A stretch of DNA of 64,000 nt from Vicugna vicugna. Its lineage: Eukaryota. The stretch is from positions 570,753 to 634,752 of the forward strand of contig MU057560.1 of NCBI GenBank assembly GCA_013265495.1, in the 5' to 3' direction. A program made the translations under genes and the position numbers. How positions within the stretch are numbered: position 1 is the first letter of the stretch; the number at the start of each line of letters is the position of its first letter. This document shows positions 1-12,959 of this stretch, piece by piece. Below the pieces are notes generated by a model. The model did not search any database and was not told the DNA's origin. It saw only the letters and a program-made list of their open reading frames with translations.

Positions 1-1529
1 AGGATGGGAGGGGGTGTCTGTGAACGCCCTGCCCCTTGCTGGGTTCCCTTTAGCGGCCTGGACAGGGTCATTGAGCCTGCGAGGCCCACGTGGGTCAGTC
101 AAGTATCCGAACAGTGAGATTGGATCTGGGCGTCCTACACCACCGTCGGGAGTGGGATGTTCGTGCTGCAGCTGAAATACTTCAAACGGCTGGGAGTTAG
201 ACTGCGAGCAATCTCACCCACCAGTGAAGCAGCCAAGGCCACAGATAAACAGACAAAACCTCTTTGCATCAACTGAAGCAGAAGCTGCCAGGGCCCTGTC
301 ACAGACACCGTGTCCCGGGTCTCCCTAGATGGCTCCAGGCCCGCACTGCGATCCAGCGTGCCCCTTGTGCACATGTCGTAACCAGCTTCATCATGCACAT
401 CCCTAGTTCTCTCCAGATCAGAAGAAAGACGTCACACTGAGAAACCTTGCTCTTATTATAAGGAAATGCACCAAGGGAGGAAGAAGCAAGCACTGACAGT
501 TGACTGGGAAAAAAAACAAATGATGAAATGTTGAGAACTACCTGAAACGAACATGAAAATTCAAGAGACATGGTGGCTTAAGGCTACTTAAAGGAGCAGA
601 AAACCTCCCTGCAGAGCCCTGAAGAGACCACTGCACTCCATCACAGTGTGTGGTGTTTGCTCTTCTTAAGGAGAAAGAAAATGATAGAATTAATTTTAAA
701 TAATTTCTATATAAAATGGTCAAAATTGAAAAATAAATAAACACTCAGCTCTCTGGGGAACTCAATTCCCATCCTGACCTGTTATTTCCCAACAGTCTTG
801 GATGCCTGACACTTCTCTCGTTTGGCCATTAAATCTCCTTTTATTATAAAACTATAAAAACTGTGTAAGAGCAGGCATGGATGGAGGCCGGCTTTCCACC
901 TCTAACAGCCTTGGACCAGACCTCAGAAATGCAGCCTCTGAGGTCCCTTCCCAGTGTCCATCCTGTCCCGGTGATAAGAATGAACTCAACTGGCATCCAC
1001 TGTCAGCTTTGGCCCCTCTATTTGGGGAGGCTGCTGAAGAGGAGAGATGGCAGGCCTCCTGTCTAAGACCGTTTAGAGCAGGAGGGCAGGGGATCCGAAA
1101 TGACAACACAGGTGTCATTCTGCAGAGGAGGGCCGGTGGCCCCAGCTCTGCTGGCAGGGCACCCCCACTGCACGTGGGCACCACTGTGAGCTGCTCTCCA
1201 TGGGGATGCCCTGCGCCAGGGAGCCCGGGGCCCCTTCAGGTGTGAAGGGACAGAACTCCTCTGTACAAGACAACAGAGAGCATGCACGAGGAAGCACAGT
1301 GTGAAGACGGGCTGTCTGAGGGAGCGCTGGAGTATCTGCATCTGAACTTCTTGCTCTTTCTCACCTTCCCTTCTGAACAAAGTAGAAAACTGGGGGAAAC
1401 AGACAAGGTGTCAAGTTTCCGTGTGTTAAAACCTCAGTGATGACCCTCCGTTCCCACTCTCCCTGAACACACCAACATCCCCAGCCCGTCCCCATCCAGC
1501 CCGTCAGGAGTCCCCTGGACTCCAAAAGG

Positions 1530-2210
1530 CATCGCCCCCGCCACCTCTCCCCCAAGTCCAGGGCCTGTCATTTCCTGCCAGGTCCTCCTCAATAACCTTC
1601 TAAGCCATACCCCCACCGCCATCCCTGCCCCCCAAATTCATCCTTCCCCACAAGCCAGTGGGATTTCTCAAAACACCAATCAGTGTCACAATCCAGTTGT
1701 CACAATCCAGTTATAAAGCTTCCCAGCATCACCCGGTACACTCTTCACAAACACAGATTCGAGACTGACCTTGCCTCTCCCTGACCTCTGCCTGGACCAC
1801 AGCCCCCTCCTTCCCTCGCCTCGGCCATGCTGGCTGGCCTCTCTTGCTCCTCACACGAGCCCTGAACAGTCTACCCCAGGACCTTTGCACTCACTCTCCC
1901 CTTGGCATGGGTCCCTCCTGCTCCTGATGCTTCACCTTGTTCCCAGCTCAAACAGGTGCTTACATCCCAAGTTGCCTATCTTGACAACTTAAGTCCAAAA
2001 TCAGTGTGCCCCAGGCCTCAGCAGAGATTTCTGTTTTAATTCCTGCTTCGTATTCCTCGCTATCTGATAGTGCTCCCTTCCCTTTGTTTCTTTGTCTAAC
2101 CTTCTGTCCAGCCTCCCCTGCAGAGCATCTGATCTCCCGAGGGCACAGCCGCTCTCCTCTCACAGCTTGTCCTCGGCAGATGCACAATAAATGTCTGCTA
2201 AATGAATGAA
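1530..2210 (+). mobile_element. L2 LINE 3' fragment (L2a-like)
   Basis: L2-type body (acctttgcactcactctcccc) ending in the diagnostic L2 terminus aataaatgtctgctaaatgaatgaa. Confidence 0.7.
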
Positions 2211-2229
2211 CACAGCGAGGCAGAACACA

Positions 2230-2417
2230 AACACTCTACTACATATAGAAGATACAACAACAAGGACCTACTGCATAGCACCGGGAGCCATAGTCAGTGT
2301 CTTATAACATGATTCTAAAAATATATGTATGTGTATGAATAACTGAGCTATTCTGCTGTACACCTGAAACTAGCATTGTAACTCAACCATGCTTTAATAA
2401 AAAATAAAATAAAAAAG
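2230..2417 (+). mobile_element. L1 3' UTR end (cetartiodactyl type), 5'-truncated
   Basis: caacaaggacctactgcatagcac...ctgtacacctgaaactagcattgtaactcaac followed by an A-rich tail. Confidence 0.85.
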
Positions 2418-5400
2418 GCATAAAAGGCATCTTAGAAAAAAAACGGGGAGGCAGAAGCACCACCTGGAACTTTCACCCCCACACACCATCCTATAAAGAA
2501 AAATGTGTGTTTTCAAAATATTCTCCACCCTCACAGAGTTAAGAAGACTTCATTCTGCTGCCCCTTTAGAAATGACCTTCTACCTGCCATGCAGGTCAGG
2601 GCCCCGTAGGACTCTCTCTTTAGCACTTCAGGCAGTGCCTACAATAGACGGAAATCCTGCTCAGCTAAGGTGTGCCTCTCTTTATACAGTATCCATCAGT
2701 TCTTGCCATCAAAAAAGAGGAAAATGGAACACTTCAGCATCTCTGGTAGATAATTGAGGATACAGACATTAGGTAAGAGAGGGAAGAGAAACAGGACTGA
2801 AGCATCTGGAATCTCATCTTTGTCCTGCTGCCAATCTTGGAAAATTACTTCCCTTCTCTGGCCCTTAGCTTCCTCACCTCCAGAAAGAAGGGCCTGATTC
2901 TTGGACAAGGCGGAAAGAATTGAGATGAGCCTGTGTGCTCATTGCTGGGAAGGCCATGCTGTCGTCAAAGTATATTTTAAAGAAAATACAAATGATAAAA
3001 GAAAATGATTACTGTACAAGTCAAGACTCCAAAATATAAATGTTTCAAATTAGGTAGAAAACTTTTCAATTGTTTGGGGAAAATACTGAATAATGAGAGG
3101 TGTTATCTATACGCTAGAGGACCATGCATGGTTCTTATTTTCATCATTCCTCTTTCTTTGTTCTCTAAGTTGTAATCAATACGTGTATAATATTTCCACA
3201 TCTCCTTTCCCCCCCAAAACTAATAAACCTAAAATGATGGAAGCTAACCAGGTAATCGCTAAGCTCCCTGCTTGTCCGGGCGGCCTGTGCCTGCCAGCTC
3301 GGAGCCCGTGTGGCTGTGGATGGCTCTGCGACTGCTTCTTGGGGTTGGGGGTGGGGAGGCCCTTGAAAACACTGCATTCCCTTGACCCCAGGGCTGCATT
3401 TAGGAATGGGAGTGGGACCCAAATGAGACCAAACAAAGGATGCTAGGATTTTGCCTGAACGCTGGGGAAAGAGGTCTTCTGTTACCACTGAGCTTACTAA
3501 TTAGAACTGTCATCCCCGCTCACCCCACTGGGAGTGCTGGCTTGTGAATGAAATCAACTAAAAAAAAGAAAAGAAAAGAAAAAAAAGCAGACCTGAGAGA
3601 CAGAAAAAAAAATAAACAAACAGACATAAATACCCAGAGGTGTCTGTGGACCTCACTGAGCCCCTGGATCCCGCTGGGAACGGAAGCAAAGTCATACCAT
3701 GACTCTCCCGGTTCCCTCACCCAATAAATGTCCTTTCTCATCTAAACCAGTCTGAGACGTGCATGCGGACTGACTGCTAGGCCCTGCTTGTCACCCACGC
3801 GCTCTAACTTGCCCTCCCCACGCAGCCCTGTGCGGAGTGTGGCACAGTGCACCAGGGTGGCACCAGGGGCCAGGGCGCCCACTCGTGTTTCTTCTCCTGG
3901 GCACCCAGGTTCCGCAGGGGTAGCCTCCTCATGTTCCACACCAGCCGGCCTTGGATTTTGATCCTGGGACAAAGCTGGAGCCTTACAGGCTCCTCTGTGC
4001 AGATTTTCCGCGGGGCGATCGCTGTGCCCCTTCACGTGAGAGTGAAGCGGTGCAGGAACGCACCCCGGAAGACAGGCAGCTGCTCCCCCCGGGGCTGGGC
4101 CACCGCTGCCGGCCCAGCTGTTGTGTCTTGGCTTCAGCCTTTAGCTCAGTGCTTTGGTCCCCCCTCCCGTCTAGTGCAGAGCCGGGCTGGCGGTCCTGGA
4201 GCCTGGAGGGAGGCTCTCGGTGCCTTCGACCTGACGAACCTCCCCTCCTGTGCTGAGCTCTGGGCACCTGTCACACTCAGCCTCCTGAGCGTGGGACCTG
4301 CACCCCAAGTCCTGGTGTCTGGATGCTGCGTTTCCACTCCTGGAGGACCACAGAACTCTTGGGGGCCCCCGCAGCCTTCCCCAGAGATGCACACGCTCTC
4401 TTTCTACCTGCACTTGGGTGAGGTTCTCCCTGCTGAGGGCCAGACTCTGGGTGTGGTGGGATCTGAGGCCACAGCCCCTGGTCTCCAGGGCATGGATGGG
4501 TGGGGGACGCAAGTAATTACCATGCAATTCTGTAGTAGAAACAAGACAGGGCACTTCAGGGCAAGAAGGGAATTGCCAAGATCAGCCCCAGAAAGCTTTT
4601 TGCAGGAAACTGCAGCTAAGCTCGGTCTTAATGCATATAGGCAGCTAGAGGGGGTGCTCTAGGCTGAGGGTCCAGCCCTGATGAGAACACCAGAGAGCCA
4701 GCCAGCAGGAAGCACGAGCACTGAGCAGGTGCTGCAGGAGGCGGACAACAGAGTCTGGAGCCGAGACCCGAAGGCAGAGGGGAGCAGGGGCGCACAGGAC
4801 GGAAGCTGGGGCCAGCCTGCTGGGTGGTCGGAGGGAGCCCGAACACAGCTCCGTAGGCAGCGAGGAGACATCACAGCGACTCAGTCAGGAAAGCAGCCGT
4901 CCTGTGTGCCTTTTCAAGAGTTCAGTTAGAGGCGCCATTTGGATGAATTTGCTGGCGACTGAAACCAGAACATTTGCCGGGTTCTGAGCCCTGTTTGCCA
5001 CGGGGCTTCCTAAGGGAAGACCCCACCCAGGGGATCGGACATCTTGGAGGCTGACCCCAGTGTGGGTCGGGCTCAAGGTCACCATACCTCTGGGCCACTG
5101 GGACTGGGTTTCCTCCAGACAGTTCCCCAAATGCCCTCATCCCAGAGCTCCAGGCTTCCCACCATTTACTCTCCATCCCTCCGACCTCTCACTGGGGTCT
5201 CACGTCACCAGCGCCCGGGCCACCTGGGCCACGGCACCCACTCCGTGCCTGCATCAACCTCACGGCTGCTCAGAGCTCAGCTCACGCACTCATCACAGCA
5301 CACCATTGTCCTCTTGTCACTTTGCAAATGCCCGAAAGGCTAACTGACGTCCGCGAGATGACCACGGCCTTTCCGTGTTTACACCCATATTCTGTGTTAT

Positions 5401-7449
5401 GTCCTCTGCTCACTGCGAGTGGATGGGTAATTTCAAGGCGTGCCGGTCACCAGATCCTGTGTCAGCGGCTCAGCGCACGACGGTAAACAGGACTTGATTC
5501 TGACCCAACTAGCTCAAACCTGTCGCAGCAAATATTTAATCATCTTTTTCCATGAAGAACTGACATGCCAAGAGGTTTTACGATTTTTTTTTCCTAAGAC
5601 CTCACAGCTTCCCGGTTAGAACTCAGCACCCCAGACCGCCTGGCATATTCCGTCGCCACCACCCCGGTATTCGTCCGGGGGCAGTGTGAGCAGTCACCTC
5701 TGGGGACATGCTAATCTGGCTCTGGTCTGCTGCTGGCACATCTGGGAGCCTGAGCTGGAATTCCCCCACAGCCAGAGTCTAGAGGAAACCGGCTCCCCGG
5801 TTTTAGAGGGGCTTTCTGACCCAAGCGCACCAGCAGCCTAGTTCAGCCTTTTTAAAAAGGAATTAGAGAAGAGGCGAAAGGCGTTCGCAATCAATCTGCC
5901 TGATAGCAGTGTCTAGTCCCAGCAGACCGACTCGCGCGCCTACGCGGCGGAGGCAGGACCACGCAGAGCAGCTAATCCTGCAGCCTCGCCTCACCTGAGC
6001 AGGGCGCAGCCCGGGCTCCCTTTGTCGCAGCATCAGGGCTTCCGGCTGGGAGAGTTCCACGTTCCATCGTGGCTGGTCTGGGAATCACCAACGCAGCTCC
6101 CAGTCTCCTTTCGCAAGGCAGTCGTCAAAGCATCCTCCAGGCTGCAGAACGAAACCTGCATTTGGAAGCCCTCTCCAGGGCTGCCTGGGGTGCCTGGCAC
6201 CGCCTGGCACGACCAGCCACGTCCGAGCTCCAGCCAGACTGCTGACCTGGCACTGGCGCTGTGTGATATAACTCGCTCGCGCAGGGAGGCATTAACTGTC
6301 TCGTCCCCAAGCTCATAGCCCTCACGTCTCTGAAGGATGCACACGTCTGCGATACCACCGTTCTGACGCCCCGAGCTTCCCTCTGCTGGGGCTCCAGACA
6401 TTCAGGGGTTCACAACCCACCCCCTGAGGAAGATGCCAGCCAAAAATTCTTCATTTTCAGCAAAGAAATGATTAATCCCAAGGCTTCTGTTAAAGTCCTT
6501 CTCTTTTATGAGTTAAGCCAATTAGAATATGTGTTCAGCCTTTAGATACTGGTAAAGAAGCAAGTGTTTTCCTGGGAATGCCTATCAGTCGAAGCCATTT
6601 TATTCTTTAAAGAAATCCAGCAACCACTCCTTCCTTCCTTCCTGTAAAATGCCCTGTTCGCATTCGCTTTATATACATTTAAACTCCATGCAGAAAGGAT
6701 AAGGTTGACTGGAAGACACGGATATTTTAACAATGTAACCAGGTGGGAAATTAATAATGCACATTAGAATGGGGATTATGTTGTTGGCGGAACGTGGGAG
6801 ACACAGAAGAAGGCATAGGATGGGGACCACTGTGCAGATTTGTGCAGGTGACTTGGCCCTCAGGTTCCACTCTGCTCCCAGGCTTCCAAGAATTTAGGCT
6901 AGTTGGTACAGAAGGACCCTCACGGTCACCCTTTTAATAGCTTTCTTTTCTTGAGCCAAAAAAAGAAAAGGTACCTCCTCACAGCTTTCAGAGGCAGCGT
7001 GGCCATCAGCTGGGTAGGCACTGGCACCACCGAAGACTCAGGTTTCCACCCATCACCTTGCCCCCTCCTGAGCTCTGTAGCTCAAACAGGTCCTGGAGGA
7101 GACGGAAGCCTTGGCACCCTCATCTCCAAGACGGAAAAGCCATCATCCGCCACCTGGGCTGACACAGTGGCCGCCGGGATCAAAGGAGCTGAGATGTCAC
7201 AGCCGCCTAGCGCCGTGCTGGGTCTGGGGGTGGCGCTCAGTGAGCTGTCTTTGTTACTCTGGTCTACGGCCCCGGCTCGCCCACGGCTGTCTTACGAACC
7301 CTCCCTCTTGCTGTGGTGTGTACACTTGAAGTCACAGTCTTGTTGAGACAAGACCCCACGGATGCTTCAAGGTAAAGCCACCTCCCTGTGCTTGGGGGCA
7401 GGGTCTTACTTTAGCACAACAGGCAAACAAACAAATAAACAACTCCTTG

Positions 7450-7670
7450 AGCATTTACCATGTGCTGAGGATTCTGTAAGGTTCCTTTTCTATGTTATCC
7501 ACTGCGTCTCAGGGCACTAGGGAAACTGTTTCCTTTCAATAATCATTTAAAATAGTCCCAATCATAATACATGACGTAGAAAAATCATGTAATCTGCCCA
7601 AAGTGATAGATCTAATTAGTTTTAAATCAGGATAGGAACCCAGGAGGTCTGACTCAGATGCTCCCTAAAC
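7450..7670 (-). mobile_element. MIR SINE fragment
   Basis: gagcatttaccatgtgc...gtaatctgcccaaagtgatag...gaacccaggaggtctgactc resembles reverse-strand MIR. Confidence 0.6.
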
Positions 7671-9629
7671 TCACTCACCACGTGAGTTACCAGAGGAGGA
7701 GGAGCTCAGCCAGGAAGCAGGAATGGAGACGAGGCTGTGCACAGGGCGGAGAGAGAGACTGGCCGTCTTCTCTTCCGTCTTTCTTTTTCCATGGATAACA
7801 GTGAGCCCTAACTTTTTACTGCTGCATGACCTTATAGAAAACTACACACATATACACGTGTGTAAGCAGAAACCACACTGAACAATAATCACTGTACCTA
7901 GTAACAGCAGAGCAGCAAGAGCCACGGCCCTGAATCCAGCAGGACAGTCTTCAGCCTCCAGCCCTTTGGGGGGCACTTCCTTGGCCTTTGTTGGTGAAGC
8001 CAACACTCCACCAGCTGCAGAGGAGGAATGTGAACAGGGCCCAGCTGCCAGAGCATGGGGCAGGGCGAAGAAGGGTGGATTTAGAGCGGAGAGGCAACCC
8101 CGTGATCACCAGCACGTGACCCGGAGGAAGACGTCAGGGGAGGATAAAGGCAGAGACAGGAAGTCATGACCGACTGCCAACCTCAGAAGCTCTGTGTTTT
8201 AGCAAAAAGAAAGGAAAGAAGGGAGGGAGGGAGGAAGGGAGGAAGAAGACACCGTCCTTTCACTATCTTGTCGATCATTAAATCAAAACTTTGCACTATC
8301 AAGTCCATTATGCCGGTCACAGCACTGAAGACCTCTTATAGATACTGGAAGATGACTTAATGGCCAACTTGAGTGTTTATTTTCAAATTAAAGGGACCTC
8401 AACTTCCTTCCAGTTAGTTCCTACTCGTTCTGGGTGTTATGATGTGTGTGCATCCAGGCTCGGTGCTTCCGTGTGACTCTACACAAGCTGTTCCGCTGTC
8501 AGTGTAACTGTTTCGATGAGTCCAGGTCGGCTGACAGCACCCACCCCATCCCACGTGCTCCGTTGTTGTGGGGAAGCCGCCCTGAGATTAGTGCCCTGAG
8601 ATTAGCACTCATTTCCATGGTGCCTTTAGGGACAAAGGCTGTCTTCTTCATCTGTAGGTCCCTGAATTCTAGTTTCAGGTTTCCTAAACTCTGCAATATT
8701 GAAATATGTGACTGAAATCTCTTTTTTTGGTGGAAGGGGGGTTATCCCGTGCCCCATAGGATGTCCAGCAGCAGCCCTGGCCCCAAACACACTGTGGCTG
8801 CGGCACTGAGCGGCTGAGGCCACTGGAGACGTCTCCAGACACGGCAAGACGGCGCCTCAGGGCGAAGTCCACCCCGCCAGGGAGACACGGCTCCAGTCTG
8901 ATTACTGGGTCACAGCTAATATTTTAATAAGTGGTTGTTGAACAAATATTAAATTACAATAGAATCCATTAAATGTAACATAAGGTGCAGCCATTTGACA
9001 ATTCATAGCTACCAATTTATTTCCCTATGAAAGTGCTCACTTCAAATTCAATCATTCATTTAAGTAGTAAATCAAATCAATACACTGAAATCTGTTAAAC
9101 TGTATGTTAACTATCTGTTGAATAATTTCCTAGCCTTGCGTGTGGAGTTGCAAGAAAAAGGTCTGTTCTCACTGAGGCTAGCTGACAAAAAGTCTCTCAA
9201 ACGCCTCCCCCCCGACACACACACAAATATGACATACACGCCCAGGTACCAAACACAACCATCACTCCGTGCCCTGATTAATTCCTTTCTCAGGTAACGG
9301 CCGCCGCTGCTCTGCCGTGCCTCGTGCACGGATTATGAAGCAATATAAAACCCAGCTCCTGCCCTCAGGCCACAGTAGGATGAGAAAATACAGCAAGCGG
9401 GTAAATGCCATAAAATACTATGTATTTGTGCAATAAATATCTAGGCCAAGTGCTACATGCTGATAACGTGATATTGAGCAAAACCATGTCATCTCATGCA
9501 GCTAATCGTCTAGAAAGGATGAGACACAAAATGAGAAGTAAGTAAGAATATTAACAGTGGCAGTAAGGAAGACCATGGGAACCCGAGGTGGGTGTTCCTT
9601 TCCTAGGTTGGGGTGGGGGGTGATGATTT

Positions 9630-10110
9630 CAAAAGACGCCCATAAATCGTTTGGCACCCCACTTCTAAAACATGGAGCTTAATTCACCCCCTCTTGAATA
9701 TGGGTAGCCATTAGTGATTCACCTCTAATAGAACGTGACAGGAGGGACACCATGTGACTTGTGAGACTAGGCCATCCAGTGCAGGACAGTCTGCTTGTCC
9801 CTCTCTACCTGGGGACCCTGCCTGGGAGCCCAGTCACCATGCTGTAAGGAAGTTCAGGTGACCGGGCCAGGCATTGTGCAGGGATCCAGATGGAAAGACC
9901 CACTTGGCACTGTGGTCAGTGACCACATTAGCCACCTGACCCATGAGTGGGTGAGCTTTTCAGTGACGCCAGCCCTCAGGGTGCCCCGTCTGAGGCCCAG
10001 TGGAACAAAGAAGCTTCACCCCCAGGTCCTGTCCAAATTGCAGATTTGTGAGTAAAATGAATATTATTGTTTGAAGCCACTTAGCTTCAGGGTGGTTTGT
10101 TACACAGCCG
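9630..10110 (+). mobile_element. MaLR solo LTR (MLT1G/H-like)
   Basis: caccatgctgtaaggaagttc...ccaaattgcagatttgtgagtaaaatgaatattattgtttgaagccacttagcttcagggtggtttgttacacagc is a typical MLT1 3' end. Confidence 0.75.
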
Positions 10111-10419
10111 GGGTGCCCTTAGCAATGTCACGTGGATTTGATAAAAATCTGCACATTTATCGTGGTTGTGCAGTCTACCTTGAGCAGAGGCAAGATTCCG
10201 TGAAGCAGTAAGATGAGTTCTTCCCTAAAAGACGAATACACGTTCCAGTAAGTGTCCGCCAGGCAGAGGGATTTCATGCACAGAGAGCAGTGTGAGCAGC
10301 GGAAGGAAGAGGCAAACTGGCCTGTACACTCCGTGTGCGGGGCCCGGCTGACCACTGAGGGCAGGCCTGGAATGGAAGAAAGAGAAGAAAACTAGATGTG
10401 GATACGGAAAGCCTTTAAA

Positions 10420-11078
10420 ACATCATTATTACAGAAAAGAATGCACATCACTTAAAAGTCACCATTTTAACAATTTCACAGTGCCCGATTCAGTGGCACT
10501 GGACACATTGGCAATGTTGTGTAACCATCACCACTGTCTAGCTCCAGAACATCTCTACCACCCCAAAGCCCGCACACCAGTGAGCAGCCACCCCATTCCC
10601 TTCTCCTCCCCCCGCTCGTAGTCCCTGGCAACCGCGAATCTGTTCTCTGTCTGTATGAATTTCTTCTATTCTGAACATTCCATTTAAATGGAATCACAGA
10701 ACACGTGGTCTTTTAAGTCTGGCTTCTTCCCCTTGGTTCTTTTCCATGGCAGCACATGTCAGCGCTTCGTGTGTTTTTATGGCTGAATAGTATTCCATTG
10801 TAGGTTTCTGTCACATTTTATCTAGTTATCAATCGATGGTCATTTGTATTGTTACCACATTTTGGCTGTTGTGAGCATTCCGGTACAGTCTTTGTTTGAA
10901 CAGCTGTTCTCAATTCTTTTGAGTGTATCCGTAGGAGTGGAATAGCTGGGTCCTATGAATTCGATGTTTCACTTATTGAAGAAATGCCGGGCTCTTTCCC
11001 ACAGCTGGCGTGTCTGCATTCCCACCAGCAATGCACGAGGGTTCCACTATCTCTACATCCTCATCAACACTTATTTCC

Positions 11079-11126
<48 letters not shown>

Positions 11127-11275
11127 TCATTATTATTATTAGAGCCATCCTAGGGGATGTAAAGTGGTACCCCATTCTGGTTTTGACATGCATTCCCCCA
11201 CTGAGGACTGATGCTGAGTATTTTGGGACTTGCTCGCTGGCCATTCGTATATCTTCCTTGGAGAAACTTCTATCT
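10420..11275 (-). mobile_element. L1MB-like LINE 3' fragment
   Basis: caatgttgtgtaaccatcaccactgtctagctccagaac, ccctggcaacc, gcattcccaccagcaatg are L1M 3' UTR/ORF2-end motifs on the reverse strand. Confidence 0.85.
11079..11140. repeat. (TTA)n microsatellite inside L1
   Basis: About 15 uninterrupted TTA units, one interruption, then several more. Confidence 0.95.
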
Positions 11276-11289
11276 AATGGAAAACCTTC

Positions 11290-11480
11290 TGTGTCATGCC
11301 CTGTGGTTAGGACTTTATCCTAAAAAGAGTGGGAAGCTGTTCACCATGGGAGCATGGCGGTCAGATGTAAACTTCAGAGAAATCAAAGTGACTCTGAGAA
11401 GGAAGGCTACTTGTGGGGAGTGAGAATGGAAAACAGGGGGGCCAGTCAGAACGCCCATTTGCAACAATCCAAGCAGATTC
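11290..11480 (-). mobile_element. L2 fragment
   Basis: ggactttatcct...gtcagatgtaaacttcagagaaatc...ggccagtcagaacgcccatttgcaacaatccaagcaga resembles L2 antisense. Confidence 0.55.
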
Positions 11481-12394
11481 CAGAAGGCGCAAGGAGCTAA
11501 GTAGTTAAGCTAATTACAGCGTTATTGTAATTCCTAGTTTCTTCTTGGTTCGAGTATTTCCTAAGTTGGTGATTTATTCCATGGGGTAGTTTTCAGGAAA
11601 TGATGGGGAGGGATGTGGGGAGTCTAAACAAGAAGGGAACCCCCCCTTCCAGGCTCCAACCTGCAAACAATCAGGGCTGAGCCTCAGTTTTTACGTTTCC
11701 AGTCAAATAATATGTGAATTACATGGTTTAGAATGAATAAAAAATATCACAGCTAAAATCAAACGTCACATAGTATAATTGCAGAAACATAATAATTCTC
11801 TGCACAAATTTTAGGCACCAGTGACGGGGGTGACGTCTCACATTGCGTGTTTACACAACTCATTGCTGACTCTGCGTAAATAAACCAGGAGAAATTAATG
11901 TGCTGTTCTTCAGGAAAAACAGAACTTTATCCTCACCACGGGACGAAGGTTACAAGTGACAGCTCATTCCCTGTATATTACTCTTTCAAGCATCCTACTT
12001 TTTGAGACTCCTATGCTAATTTCAATCATTTCTATGTTCATCATTTTACAAAATACTACGATTTACTTATTCTAATTATTAATAATAAATGTTTATAGAG
12101 GAGTTTGTAAATCTTAAAATCATCAAAAAGCCTACCAGTCAGAGAGAGAGCCACTGCTAACATTCTCATGTATTTGCTTCAAAATAAGTGGAGAGCCAGA
12201 GATGCATAGAAATAGAAATGTATAGATTTTTTTTAAATGCAGAGATGTAGATATTAACCTATGGGACTTTTGCATCTCCCTCTTTATTTTCTTGTTTCTA
12301 TTTTCATTTTTTCAAAACAATTTTATTTCTACAATTGCTAATTTTGCTTACAGTCTTTGGCAACATTAATAAAATCATAAATTTTATCTGAAAG

Positions 12395-12959
12395 TGAGGT
12401 GGGAAGTCCCATAAAAAGACCAGAAAGGACCTCCAAGCAGGGCCACTGCTCTCCTGCCAGCACCAACCAGTTCCCCAGCCCAGAGGCTCTGTCTCACTTT
12501 TTGCCTCTGAAACAGCTTATTTACACCTAAAATTCTATTGGTTCCCTGAGCTCACTCCTGATTGGTTATTTCCTTCACTCCTGATTGGTTCATTTCCTTA
12601 ACTTCTGATTGGTCCATTTGTAGTACTTCATTTGTATGGAGCTCACTCCTGATTGGTCCACTTCCCTCACTCTTGATTGGTTATTTCTCTCCCTCCTCAT
12701 TGGTTCATTTCTACAAAGCTTGTTCTTAATTAGTCTACTTTCCTTATACCTTATTTACATATGATGTTGCAAAGTGTAAACTGGCAACCTATAAAAGCCA
12801 GTGTAAACCTACAGACAGGGTCCAGAGCTTGGAGTGTTAACTCCTCTAGGTCCACTGGCGTAATGAATCTGAGTTCTCCAACTCTCTGAGTGCTGCTTGG
12901 TCTCTCGCCTGGATCCAGGTTGCTATCATAACTGAGCTGTAACACATTTTTCTGCAACA
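12395..12959 (+). mobile_element. Solo endogenous-retrovirus LTR (about 565 bp, probably class I) with tandem CCAAT repeats
   Basis: TG...CA termini (tgaggtggg...ctgcaaca); near-identical flanks gaaag/aaaag; U3 with 23-24 bp repeats; TATAAAA at 12790-12796; decayed polyA signal aatgaa at 12862; no PBS or internal sequence follows. Confidence 0.85.
12537..12703 (+). promoter_or_regulatory. Array of seven inverted CCAAT (NF-Y) boxes in LTR U3
   Basis: ATTGG at 12537, 12561, 12584, 12608, 12652, 12676, 12699, mostly in ctgATTGGt context. Confidence 0.75.

Noticed and set aside
135..189. Possible minus-strand terminal exon (...RLKYFSCSTNIPLPTVV*)
   Set aside because: Poor polypyrimidine tract, no recognised protein, and no supported upstream exons
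3847..4662. 271-aa ORF, the longest in the track
   Set aside because: Non-ATG start, no recognisable domain, open frames on both strands as expected for GC-rich DNA
8823..8838. 16-bp perfect palindrome ctggagacgtctccag
   Set aside because: About one is expected by chance in 64 kb (64000/4^8)
10179..10224. 46-nt minus-strand micro-exon candidate (EELILLLHGILPLLK)
   Set aside because: Weak donor (gtagac) and no partner exons
12537..12730. 23-24 bp repeats as a CRISPR-like array
   Set aside because: No unique spacers, eukaryotic context, and it lies in the U3 of an LTR
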